Below, piece by piece: positions 18,723 to 27,422 of a stretch of 64,000 nt of DNA. The DNA comes from Bacteroidota bacterium (GTDB taxonomy: Bacteria > Bacteroidota > Bacteroidia > Bacteroidales > VadinHA17), in the NCBI GenBank assembly GCA_003250475.1, contig QKGI01000065.1, positions 15,240-79,239 of the forward strand. Reading direction: 5' to 3'. The position numbers and the translations under genes are program-made. Every line of letters starts with the position of its first letter. The stretch's first letter is position 1. Under the pieces are notes generated by a model that searched no databases, had not been told where the DNA came from, and saw nothing but the letters and a program-made list of their open reading frames with translations.

Positions 18723-20515
18723 AACTTGTAACCTCAAGGGAGCTTGCCAAAGCTACAAATCTTGATACTCCGGGCGGAGTATTCATCGCTGAGGCCCTGA
18801 TGCAGATATTCCGCTATAACAAGCTGAACAAATTATACTCAAGCTCCTATGCCAGTGATCCTTCAATATTTATCAATTCCATCCTGAGGCACCTGGATAT
18901 TAAATATGAGGTACCGGATAAAGACCTTGAGAACATACCGCTGACCGGCTCTTTTATTACAGTTTCAAACCATCCTTTTGGCGGAATAGATGCCCTGATC
19001 CTGCATAAGATACTGGCGGCGCGTCGCCCTGATGTAAAAGTGATGGCTAACTTCCTGCTACAGAGGATTGAGCCTCTTAAAGACCTTATAATACCTGCGG
19101 ATCCTTCTGAGAACTACCACAACAGCAAACTGTTATATACGAGCATAAGGGAGACTCTGAGGTATGTGAAAGAGGGCCATCCTGTTGCCATTTTCCCGGC
19201 GGGTGAGGTATCGACATATCAGTCGGAATCGGGTCTCATAACAGACAGGGAGTGGCAGGAGATACTTCTCAGGGCAATAAGGATTGCAGAAGTACCGGTG
19301 ATACCTGTATATTTTCACGGTACAAACTCACGCTGGTTTCATATACTGGGTCGTATCCATCCTCTTCTGGGCATTGCCAGGCTCGGCTCGGAGATGATAA
19401 ACAAACGACATAATGTGATCAGGGTAAGGATAGGTAAGCCCGTGACCGTTAAGGAACAAGCTGACCTGGGAGATGTCGCCCGTTTCGGTCGCTACCTGAG
19501 AGCAAGAACCTATTCTCTGGGGTCAGCCCTGGAGGCAAGGCCCTTTTTCAGGAACTTCAGGAAGCGAAGGAGCCGCAGGCAGGAACCCGTGGAGAGCCCC
19601 GTAGACCGTAAAGTGCTGATGGAAGAGATCAGTACTGTAAGGCAGTCATATGAGCTTTTTACAAACAAGAATTACCTTGTGCTCTTCGCCCCGACACGCG
19701 TTATCCCCAATCTTATCAGGGAAATAGGAAGACTCCGGGAACTGACATTCAGGGAGGTGGGAGAAGGGACAAACAGGGCAACAGATCTTGATGAGTATGA
19801 CTTTTACTATCACCATCTGATTGTCTGGGACGATGATGCGGGAGCTGTTGTCGGAGCCTACAGGCTCGGGAAAGGGAAAGAGATACTCAGCCAGTATGGC
19901 ATAAAGGGTTTCTATATCCATTCGCTTTTCAGGATCCGCAGGTCATTTGAGCCTGTCCTCAGTGAGTCGCTTGAGCTTGGCAGATCATTCATCGTGAAGG
20001 AGTACCAGCGAAAGGCGATGCCTCTCTTCCTCCTGTGGAAAGGATTGCTGTCGGTCCTTGTCATGCATGCCGAGTACAGGTATCTTATCGGTCCTGTAAG
20101 CATAAGCAACGAATTCTCATCCCTGTCCAAATCGCTGATTGTCGACTTCATCAGGAACAACTGCTATGACTCCTCAATGGCCCGGTTCATAAAACCCAGG
20201 AAAAAGCTCAACCTGCAGGTAGACAAACGTATTGACCGTGATATTATCATAGCTTCGGCGGAGAAGGATATCAGCAAGGTTGAGAAAGTGGTCAGTGATG
20301 TGGATTCCGGGTTCAGAATACCTGTACTGCTTAAAAAGTACCTTGAGATCAATGCTAAAATAATTGGTTTTAATGTGGACCCTGACTTCAATAATTGCCT
20401 TGACGGTCTTATAATGCTTGATGTGTACGAGATCCCTGCAGATTTTGTAAATGCACTTTCACGTGACCAGAATGAGGAAAAGGTAAAGAAGAGATTCGCC
20501 GGCCAGAACAAATGA
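18719..20515 (+). CDS. olsF: Bifunctional O-acyltransferase/N-acyltransferase (OlsF-like aminolipid synthase)
   Basis: 598 aa. N-terminal PlsC-like acyltransferase (VSNHPFGGIDAL, FPAGEVS). C-terminal OlsB/GNAT-like domain (FREVGEGTNRATDLDEYDFYYHHLIVWDDDAGAVVGAYRLG). ATGA overlap with the upstream gene. Confidence 0.65.
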   Translation: MKLVTSRELAKATNLDTPGGVFIAEALMQIFRYNKLNKLYSSSYASDPSIFINSILRHLDIKYEVPDKDLENIPLTGSFITVSNHPFGGIDALILHKILAARRPDVKVMANFLLQRIEPLKDLIIPADPSENYHNSKLLYTSIRETLRYVKEGHPVAIFPAGEVSTYQSESGLITDREWQEILLRAIRIAEVPVIPVYFHGTNSRWFHILGRIHPLLGIARLGSEMINKRHNVIRVRIGKPVTVKEQADLGDVARFGRYLRARTYSLGSALEARPFFRNFRKRRSRRQEPVESPVDRKVLMEEISTVRQSYELFTNKNYLVLFAPTRVIPNLIREIGRLRELTFREVGEGTNRATDLDEYDFYYHHLIVWDDDAGAVVGAYRLGKGKEILSQYGIKGFYIHSLFRIRRSFEPVLSESLELGRSFIVKEYQRKAMPLFLLWKGLLSVLVMHAEYRYLIGPVSISNEFSSLSKSLIVDFIRNNCYDSSMARFIKPRKKLNLQVDKRIDRDIIIASAEKDISKVEKVVSDVDSGFRIPVLLKKYLEINAKIIGFNVDPDFNNCLDGLIMLDVYEIPADFVNALSRDQNEEKVKKRFAGQNK

Positions 20516-20567
20516 GATACATCTCAGCATAAGAGAGACAGCAGCTTCCGTACGGGCTGAAACAGAA

Positions 20568-20592
20568 AGAGGCAGGTTTTAAACCTGCCTCT
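20568..20592. terminator. Hairpin between convergent olsF-like and ppiD genes
   Basis: AGAGGCAGGTT-tta-AACCTGCCTCT, an 11-bp perfect stem. A T-rich tract (TTTCTGTTTC) follows on the minus strand, so it best fits ppiD termination. Confidence 0.6.
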
Positions 20593-20620
20593 GCCGTTAT
20601 CGTAATAAAGATATATTCTC

Positions 20621-22741
20621 CTAATAGAATTTATATCTCATATCCTTCACCTCTTTCTTTTCACGTATGGCCTGATATGCCTCATAGGAAGCACGTATCT
20701 GGTAGCCTGAGTTCAGCCTTTCGCGCACCATGGCCATATCTTCCGTGACAGCAGGTATTGCACTGTTGACCACGAACATATATACTCCGTTATTGCCTTC
20801 GACAGGCTTTGACAGCTTCCCTGTTTCGGAGGCTGAGGCTGCTGCAATCAGTCCCGGTTCAATACCTGCTCCCGGTACGGAATAGGATCTGAAATTTATC
20901 CCGCTTGCATCCTGTACTGTAGTGCTGTATTGAGAGGAGATATCATATAATGTCTTTCCTTCCGCAGCCAGTTTCTTCATCTCGGATTCAATTATCTCCG
21001 CCTTTTTCTTCTTTGCCAGGATAAACCTTATATCGGATGCCACGTCTTCCACTGGTGCGATCCCCTCTTCCTGTGCCCGTGAGCAGTACGCCACCACGTA
21101 CATGTCGGGAAGCTCAAATACGGCCTGGCTGCTGTTGTCAAGCACGATGTGGCCTGCCTTGCTGTTCTGGAAAAGAGCCATCACCAGGGCTCTCGACTGT
21201 GTCAGTCCCGGTAATTCCTTCTGGTCCGGGGTGACATTCATCGCAAGCTTCTTGTTCAGGTTTCCTTCTGCCACGGCCTTGTTGAACTTTTCATAGGTGT
21301 CATTGGTGCCGGCGAACTGTGAGGCTTCAGCGTAAATTCTTTGAGTGGTTGAGTTGCTGGGTATAACCTGACGGTCAACGATACCTATATCATATTTCTT
21401 TACTCTGCGGCTCTGGTCGATGATCTTTATGATGTGGAGTCCGTAAGTTGTCTCTACGGTCACGACATCTCCTTTCTTCCCGCTGAAGCATGCGTTATTG
21501 AATGGAATGATCATCATGCCTTCGCTGAACCAGCCGAGGTCACCGCCTACCTGTGCCGAGCCCTGGTCGTCAGAGTTAGCCATTGCCAGCAAATCGAAAC
21601 TGGCCCCGCCCCTTATAAGTGCTATAAGGCTGTCGGCTTCCTTTCTGGCCTGTGCCATGGTCCTTCCGGCGTTGGGCGAGAGAAGGATGTGGGCTGCTCT
21701 TACAGAGTCGGGACGGTCAGCTATGTCAACGATGCGTGCCAGCTTATATGTGTTATCTTCGAGATAAGGACCCAGGACCGCTGACCTGTCGCCTGATGCC
21801 GCAAGATCGCGGAGATTCTCCGGTAGTTCTGAGAGTGTCCTGTAAATGCCTGTATGGCGTGTGTCTGCAGTAAGGTTAATATATTGTGCTATGTCCGTTG
21901 CATTTGCAAAATGCTCTTTCTCGTTCATCGCCCATGTTTCGGTCTCTTTCAGGTCGGCTTCGGAGGGGGCAATTTCAAATACCATGTACTCCATGTCTCT
22001 CTGTGCCGTACGCTTGTAGTTGTCCTTGTGCTTCTCGTAATAGCTCCTGATCTCTTCAGAGCTAACCTTTACCGCACTGTCAGGGATGGCTGCATAGTTA
22101 CGCGACATGTAGCTGAAGCTGACAGTGTTGCTTGTGAGACTGTTCTCAAACTCAGACTGCCTGTCAGTCACATACAGTCCTTTGGACATAAGGTTCACAA
22201 GCTTGGTATTGAGCCTGTCATTAATGATCTGGTCTTCAAAGAAGAGCCAGTAGTTCTTTGTGGCTTCGTCAGTCTCCGTGGCTTTCAGAAAATTTACAAG
22301 GAACGATTCATTAAAGACGCCTGTCGAAGGATCAGTGAAGAGCTGCCTTACGATAGGATGCGGATTATCTCCGAAAACGAGCATTTCCACCTCGTCAGGG
22401 CTCACTCCCAGGCCAATTTTCTTATAAGTCTTACCCATCAGCTTTTCAGAAAGCAACTGCTGCCACACCTGTTCCCTGAGGCTCTGCATCATCTCTTCAT
22501 TGACCTCATTGGTTCCGGACATTTTATATATCTCCACCAGATCCTGTACCCTGGTTTCAAAGTCCTGGTATGATACAGTCTCGCCGTCAATCACTGCAAG
22601 CTGATAATATTTGTCTGCCTTACGGCGCTGGGCATTATTGTTTCCGAAAAAGTCGCTTACTACAAAGAGAAGCAGCGAAAGCCCGATTATGCCTGCCACC
22701 AGTGGTCCCGCCTTCTCTCTCAGGTTCTGAAGTATTGCCAT
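20621..22741 (-). CDS. ppiD: Periplasmic chaperone / peptidyl-prolyl isomerase PpiD-like
   Basis: ORF 20621..22801. Best start is the ATG at 22741 (MAILQNLREKAGPLVAGIIGLSLLLFV, N-terminal membrane anchor). Parvulin block AAHILL..GGDLGWF in the centre. Confidence 0.8.
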   Translation of the reverse strand: MAILQNLREKAGPLVAGIIGLSLLLFVVSDFFGNNNAQRRKADKYYQLAVIDGETVSYQDFETRVQDLVEIYKMSGTNEVNEEMMQSLREQVWQQLLSEKLMGKTYKKIGLGVSPDEVEMLVFGDNPHPIVRQLFTDPSTGVFNESFLVNFLKATETDEATKNYWLFFEDQIINDRLNTKLVNLMSKGLYVTDRQSEFENSLTSNTVSFSYMSRNYAAIPDSAVKVSSEEIRSYYEKHKDNYKRTAQRDMEYMVFEIAPSEADLKETETWAMNEKEHFANATDIAQYINLTADTRHTGIYRTLSELPENLRDLAASGDRSAVLGPYLEDNTYKLARIVDIADRPDSVRAAHILLSPNAGRTMAQARKEADSLIALIRGGASFDLLAMANSDDQGSAQVGGDLGWFSEGMMIIPFNNACFSGKKGDVVTVETTYGLHIIKIIDQSRRVKKYDIGIVDRQVIPSNSTTQRIYAEASQFAGTNDTYEKFNKAVAEGNLNKKLAMNVTPDQKELPGLTQSRALVMALFQNSKAGHIVLDNSSQAVFELPDMYVVAYCSRAQEEGIAPVEDVASDIRFILAKKKKAEIIESEMKKLAAEGKTLYDISSQYSTTVQDASGINFRSYSVPGAGIEPGLIAAASASETGKLSKPVEGNNGVYMFVVNSAIPAVTEDMAMVRERLNSGYQIRASYEAYQAIREKKEVKDMRYKFY

Positions 22742-22789
22742 CTGAATACTAATTAAATAATGATTATATCTCTTAAAAAATACAGGCGA

Positions 22790-22797
22790 CAAATATA
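22790..22797 (-). promoter_or_regulatory. Candidate Bacteroidota -7 box (TATATTTG on minus strand) for ppiD
   Basis: Matches TAnnTTTG, 49 nt upstream of the ATG at 22741. Confidence 0.35.
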
Positions 22798-22929
22798 ACA
22801 AAAATCAGTTAAACAAAAGGATGCAGCCAGTTCTCATTTTATTTAACGGCAGGGCAGTATGATAATTCTCATGTTTATGATATATCTTTCAGTAACTTAA
22901 TATCTTGTAAAAATCTAAAAAGAATAGCT

Positions 22930-24549
22930 ATGTCCAGGAATCTGAGAGGGCTCTCTGCCCGCAGAGGCCTCAGTGAGGGTCTTTATGAAGATATTGTGGG
23001 AGCCGGTGGGTCCACTCAGCCTGCGGGGCTGAAAAATGTTGCCGGTAAGTTTATGACAGGTGGGGCTGCCGTCATGAGCGCAGGTTCGTTTTATGATTTC
23101 CTTAACCCCGTTCATCAGGGGAAAAAGGTTTACGTCTGTGACGGCACTGCCTGTCTCACATCAGGGAAACAGGGTGATGTCAGGAGTGCGCTTCTAAAGA
23201 GTTTTTCTGAGGATGAGATAGGCACAATGACCTGTCTGGGCCATTGCCACTCAAATGATGCCTTCATGGTCAACGGTGAGGTTCGCCTGTATGAAACCGG
23301 AAATGATCCGCAGGAGCTTAAACCCCGGACAAACGCCGACCGGCCGGCACTTATTGCACCGCAGGGTGAGATCGGTGATTACTATTCCCTTGCCGGGAGA
23401 TGGGTTTCCGATCTCTCCGCCGCCCTTGGGGAGCTTGAGTTGTCAGGGCTGAGGGGCCGTGGCGGAGCAGGCTTCCCGTTCCATATAAAGGTCAGGTCGG
23501 CACGCGATGCCGGATCAGGGCAGAAATATATAGTATGCAACGGTGATGAGGGTGATCCGGGGGCATTCTCCGACAAATGGCTGCTTGAGGAACGTCCTCA
23601 TTCAGTGCTCTTCGGAATGCTTATGACAGGTCTTATCATTGGGGCTGACACCGGGGTTATATATGTCAGGGGAGAATACCCGCTGGCGGTGAAGAGGATG
23701 AGAGAAGCGGTAAGTGCGCTTGAAGAGGCAGGCATCACCGGGGCGACTGATGACAATGCCGGGTACCGTTTCCGCTTTCATGTGGTGGAGGGATCAGGAG
23801 CCTATATATGTGGTGAGGAGACCTCTCTTCTCAACTCTATCGAGGGGTTGAGGCCGGAGGTTCGCACCCGTCCGCCCTTCCCTGCGGTGTATGGACTCTT
23901 CGGGATGCCCACCGTACTGAGTAATGTGGAGACGTTTGCCAACATTCACAATATACTTGAAGCGGGTGGAACCCACTGGGCTTCACTCGGCACCGACAGG
24001 TCGCCAGGCACCAAGCTGGTATCACTTGACGGTGCCTTTAACAGGCCGGGATTACTTGAGGTCAGGATGGGGACGCCCCTGAGCGTTGTCATCAATGAAA
24101 TGGGGGGAGGAACACGTTATCCCGTCAAGGCATTTCAGATCGGCGGACCGCTGGGAGGACTGGTACCTGCATCGAAGGTCGATGATCTTACACTCGACTT
24201 TGAATCATTTGCCGGCGGGGGTTTCCTGCTGGGGCATGCCGGGATAGTGTCCGTGCCGGATGACTTCCCGGTGATCAGGCTCCTGGAACACCTGTTTGAA
24301 TTCACCATGAAGGAGTCGTGCGGGAAATGTTTCCCCTGCCGCCTTGGCTCGGTACGAGGTTATGAGTTGCTGTCACATGCATCAGAAAAGGGAGAGAAGA
24401 TCAGCCGGCGACTATTTGACGATCTCCTGGAGACGATGCAACTGGGATCGCTGTGTGCCCTGGGAGGGGGATTGCCATTGCCGGTAAAAAATGCATTACG
24501 ATATTTCAGCGATGAGATGGATGGTTTCTTCAGGAAAGGAGAGGAGTAG
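22930..24549 (+). CDS. NAD(H)-binding diaphorase subunit (fused NuoE-like 2Fe-2S + NuoF-like FMN/4Fe-4S), formate dehydrogenase beta-type
   Basis: 539 aa. NuoE-type cysteines CDGTAC..CLGHC, then GRGGAGFP, YIVCNGDEGDPGAFSD (FMN/NADH site) and ESCGKCFPCRLG (4Fe-4S). Confidence 0.8.
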   Translation: MSRNLRGLSARRGLSEGLYEDIVGAGGSTQPAGLKNVAGKFMTGGAAVMSAGSFYDFLNPVHQGKKVYVCDGTACLTSGKQGDVRSALLKSFSEDEIGTMTCLGHCHSNDAFMVNGEVRLYETGNDPQELKPRTNADRPALIAPQGEIGDYYSLAGRWVSDLSAALGELELSGLRGRGGAGFPFHIKVRSARDAGSGQKYIVCNGDEGDPGAFSDKWLLEERPHSVLFGMLMTGLIIGADTGVIYVRGEYPLAVKRMREAVSALEEAGITGATDDNAGYRFRFHVVEGSGAYICGEETSLLNSIEGLRPEVRTRPPFPAVYGLFGMPTVLSNVETFANIHNILEAGGTHWASLGTDRSPGTKLVSLDGAFNRPGLLEVRMGTPLSVVINEMGGGTRYPVKAFQIGGPLGGLVPASKVDDLTLDFESFAGGGFLLGHAGIVSVPDDFPVIRLLEHLFEFTMKESCGKCFPCRLGSVRGYELLSHASEKGEKISRRLFDDLLETMQLGSLCALGGGLPLPVKNALRYFSDEMDGFFRKGEE

Positions 24550-24551
24550 TC

Positions 24552-27299
24552 ATGGAAAAAACAGCATATATAGACAACAAACCCTTCCCGGTAATTGCCG
24601 GAGAGACGATACTTGAATTTGTTCGCCGCAATATAGGCCGGGAGGTGATACCTACACTATGCCAGGCAGACAATCTTGAAAACTACGGATCATGCCGTAT
24701 CTGTTCCGTGGAGGTGGCCCTGAAACAGGATGGTCCGGCAAAGGTTATGGCATCATGTCACACGCCGGTTGCACCGGGGTATCACATTTATCCTTCAACA
24801 GAAAGGATCAGGAGACTCAGGAGTAATATCCTTGAGCTCGTTCTCTCCGAATATCCGCCGGAGAAAATAGCGCCGGCGCCAGGCATGATAGCAACCGAGT
24901 TCCAGAGGATTGTGGCTGAGAACGGTGTCGGTGAAGTGAGGTACGGACACAGGATTGCAGGGTATGAGGAAGACAGAAGTCACCCGTATGTGTGGTCTGA
25001 CCTCAATGAGTGCATAAAATGTTACAGGTGTGTAAGGGCATGCGATGAACTGCAGGCCGAGCATGTGCTCGGCATCAGCGGGCGGGGACATAACAGCACT
25101 ATAATCAAGGGACTTGATCAGTCCTTTCGTGATTCTCCCTGCGTGTCGTGCGGAGCCTGTGTCCAGACCTGCCCGACAAATGCATTGACAGACAGGTATT
25201 CTACAAAGACCCTGGATGCAGACAGGATAATAAGAACCACATGTACCTACTGTGGTGTGGGTTGTAACCTCGAAGTCAAGGTAATTGATGGAAGAGTGCG
25301 TGGGATTCAGGCACCTGTTGACGGGGAAACAAACAGGGGGCATACATGCCTCAAAGGCAGGTTTGCTTTCGAATTTTACAATCACCCTGAGAGACTAACC
25401 TCACCCCTGATGAGGAAGAACGGGGTTCTCACCGAGGTCTCATGGGATGAAGCATACGACTATACAGCGGCCAGGTTCAGGGAGATAAAGGAGAAATACG
25501 GTCCTGATGCTCTTGCAGGTATCTCGTCTGCACGATGTACCAACGAGGAGAACTACCTGATGCAGAAGTTCTTCCGGATTGTTATCGGAACCAACAACAT
25601 CGATGGTTGTGCAAGGGTGTGCCATGCCCCCACTGCCATGGGTATGCAGTGGGCTTACGGTACCGGGGCAGCCACAAACTCAATTGACGATCTTTACAGG
25701 ACAGGATGCATACTTATAATAGGAGCCAATCCGTCAGCCGCCCATCCTGTTACGGGAGCCCGGATCAGGTCAGTGGTTGAATCAGGCAAACCCCTGATAG
25801 TCATTGACCCGTTGAAGATAGATCTTGCCAGGCTGGCAAAATATCATCTCCAGATCAATCCCGGCACAAATGTAGCAGTGCTGAACCTTTTCGCATACTT
25901 TCTTCTTTTAGAAGGACTTATCGATGAGGATTTTATCAGTAACCGGACGGAGGGATGGGAGGATTTCAGGCGCTACCTCATGTCACTTGATATTGATGAG
26001 CTTGAGAGGGTATGCGGTGTCTCCCGTGAGCTTGTGAGAGCTGCTGCCATAGAATACGGCACGGCTCATGCAGCCATGGAGTTTCATGGTCTGGGTGTGA
26101 CGGAACACTGGCAGGCAACAAAGGCTATCACGCTCATCTCCAACATTGCCATGATGACAGGCAATATTGGCAAAGAGGGGTGTGGTGTCAACCCGCTGCG
26201 CGGCCAGAATAATGTGCAGGGAGCTGCAGACATGGGAATACAGCCTCATCAGGGGGCAGGGTACCTTGACGTAACCAACCCGGCAAATATTGAGATCTAT
26301 AACTCATTCTACGGTACCCAGCACCCGACAAAGCCAGGTTACAGGATACCTGAGATGTTCTCTGCAGCCGGCAGGGGAGACCTGAAAGCCCTGTGGATCA
26401 TGGGTGAAGATATCCTGCAGACGGATCCTAACACCTGTCACGTACGGAGCTCGTTACAGGGACTTGATTTCCTCGTTGTGCAGGAGCTCTTTATGACCGA
26501 GACAGCCAGGATTGCCGATGTTATCTTCCCGGCCTCCTCTTTCTTTGAGAAGGAGGGTACATTCACCAACGGGGAGCGAAGGATACAGAGGGTTCAGAGG
26601 GTAGTGGAGCCCATGGAGGGTACCAGGCCTGACGGTCAGATTGTTGTCGACATGATGAACCGTATGGGATACAGCCAGCCGGGCTACACGGCAGATATAA
26701 TACTGAAGGAAATAGCCGGGATAGTCCCCTTCTTTAAAGGTGTAAAGTGGGATGAGCTGGGGAATAACGGCAAACAGTGGCCTGTCACGGAAGATGGTGA
26801 AGGAACGAAGATACTACACACAGAAACATTCAAGCGCGGTAAGGGAAAGTTCCATTCATGGGACTATGATATTTCGCCGGAGCTTAATGAACATAGCGGG
26901 CGCTTTCCTTATATACTAACCACAGGAAGGCTTCTGGAGCATTACAACAGCGGCACTATGACGCGGCGTACGCCTAACAGGGAGCTTGTTACGGAAGATG
27001 TCCTGTTTGTCCACCCCCATGATGCGGAGATAAAGGGAGTGGTCAGCGGGGATTATGCCAGGATATTCTCAGCAAGGGGGATAACCACCATGAAGGTACA
27101 GGTAACAGATGTTGTCAGGCCCGGAGTGATATATACCACATTTCATTTCCCGGATGCTGCCATTAATTTCCTCACCAGCGGTATCGGGGATGAGTTTACC
27201 CTGACTCCTGAATATAAGATTGTAGCTGTTGATTTTGAGAAATCCCATTATGGCATCTTCAAACGTGCTGAATGCCGTTCAGATCTGAAAAATGCATAA
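24552..27299 (+). CDS. Molybdopterin formate dehydrogenase alpha subunit (FdsA/FdhA-type), cysteine variant
   Basis: 915 aa. N-terminal 2Fe-2S (CQADNLENYGSCRICSVEV), two ferredoxin-type clusters (CIKCYRCVRAC, CVSCGACVQTC) and the MopB cluster (CTYCGVGCNLEV). The active-site block GCARVCHAPT has Cys where selenoproteins have Sec. Confidence 0.85.
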   Translation: MEKTAYIDNKPFPVIAGETILEFVRRNIGREVIPTLCQADNLENYGSCRICSVEVALKQDGPAKVMASCHTPVAPGYHIYPSTERIRRLRSNILELVLSEYPPEKIAPAPGMIATEFQRIVAENGVGEVRYGHRIAGYEEDRSHPYVWSDLNECIKCYRCVRACDELQAEHVLGISGRGHNSTIIKGLDQSFRDSPCVSCGACVQTCPTNALTDRYSTKTLDADRIIRTTCTYCGVGCNLEVKVIDGRVRGIQAPVDGETNRGHTCLKGRFAFEFYNHPERLTSPLMRKNGVLTEVSWDEAYDYTAARFREIKEKYGPDALAGISSARCTNEENYLMQKFFRIVIGTNNIDGCARVCHAPTAMGMQWAYGTGAATNSIDDLYRTGCILIIGANPSAAHPVTGARIRSVVESGKPLIVIDPLKIDLARLAKYHLQINPGTNVAVLNLFAYFLLLEGLIDEDFISNRTEGWEDFRRYLMSLDIDELERVCGVSRELVRAAAIEYGTAHAAMEFHGLGVTEHWQATKAITLISNIAMMTGNIGKEGCGVNPLRGQNNVQGAADMGIQPHQGAGYLDVTNPANIEIYNSFYGTQHPTKPGYRIPEMFSAAGRGDLKALWIMGEDILQTDPNTCHVRSSLQGLDFLVVQELFMTETARIADVIFPASSFFEKEGTFTNGERRIQRVQRVVEPMEGTRPDGQIVVDMMNRMGYSQPGYTADIILKEIAGIVPFFKGVKWDELGNNGKQWPVTEDGEGTKILHTETFKRGKGKFHSWDYDISPELNEHSGRFPYILTTGRLLEHYNSGTMTRRTPNRELVTEDVLFVHPHDAEIKGVVSGDYARIFSARGITTMKVQVTDVVRPGVIYTTFHFPDAAINFLTSGIGDEFTLTPEYKIVAVDFEKSHYGIFKRAECRSDLKNA

Positions 27300-27399
27300 A
27301 AATTGATTTATACCCCTCAAAAAATAGGGGTAGTGACAAAAAATATATAAAATAATAAAAAAATACCCTCAAAATATTGGGGTGTATTCTGAAATAATC

Positions 27400-27407
27400 T
27401 ATTTTTG
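27400..27407 (+). promoter_or_regulatory. Candidate -7 box TATTTTTG for glnN
   Basis: Matches TAnnTTTG, 16 nt upstream of the ATG at 27423. Confidence 0.35.
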
Positions 27408-27422
27408 TAAAAAAATCAGATT

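Noticed and set aside
21854-22573. 239-aa plus-strand ORF
   Set aside because: Antisense shadow ORF inside ppiD.
24795-25385. 196-aa minus-strand ORF
   Set aside because: Antisense to the Fe-S region of the formate dehydrogenase alpha gene. Its Cys-rich translation is a mirror artefact.
25600-25640. Possible selenocysteine (in-frame TGA) in the formate dehydrogenase active site
   Set aside because: The ORF is uninterrupted, and the active-site block reads ARVCHAPT with a TGC Cys codon. This is a Cys-type enzyme.
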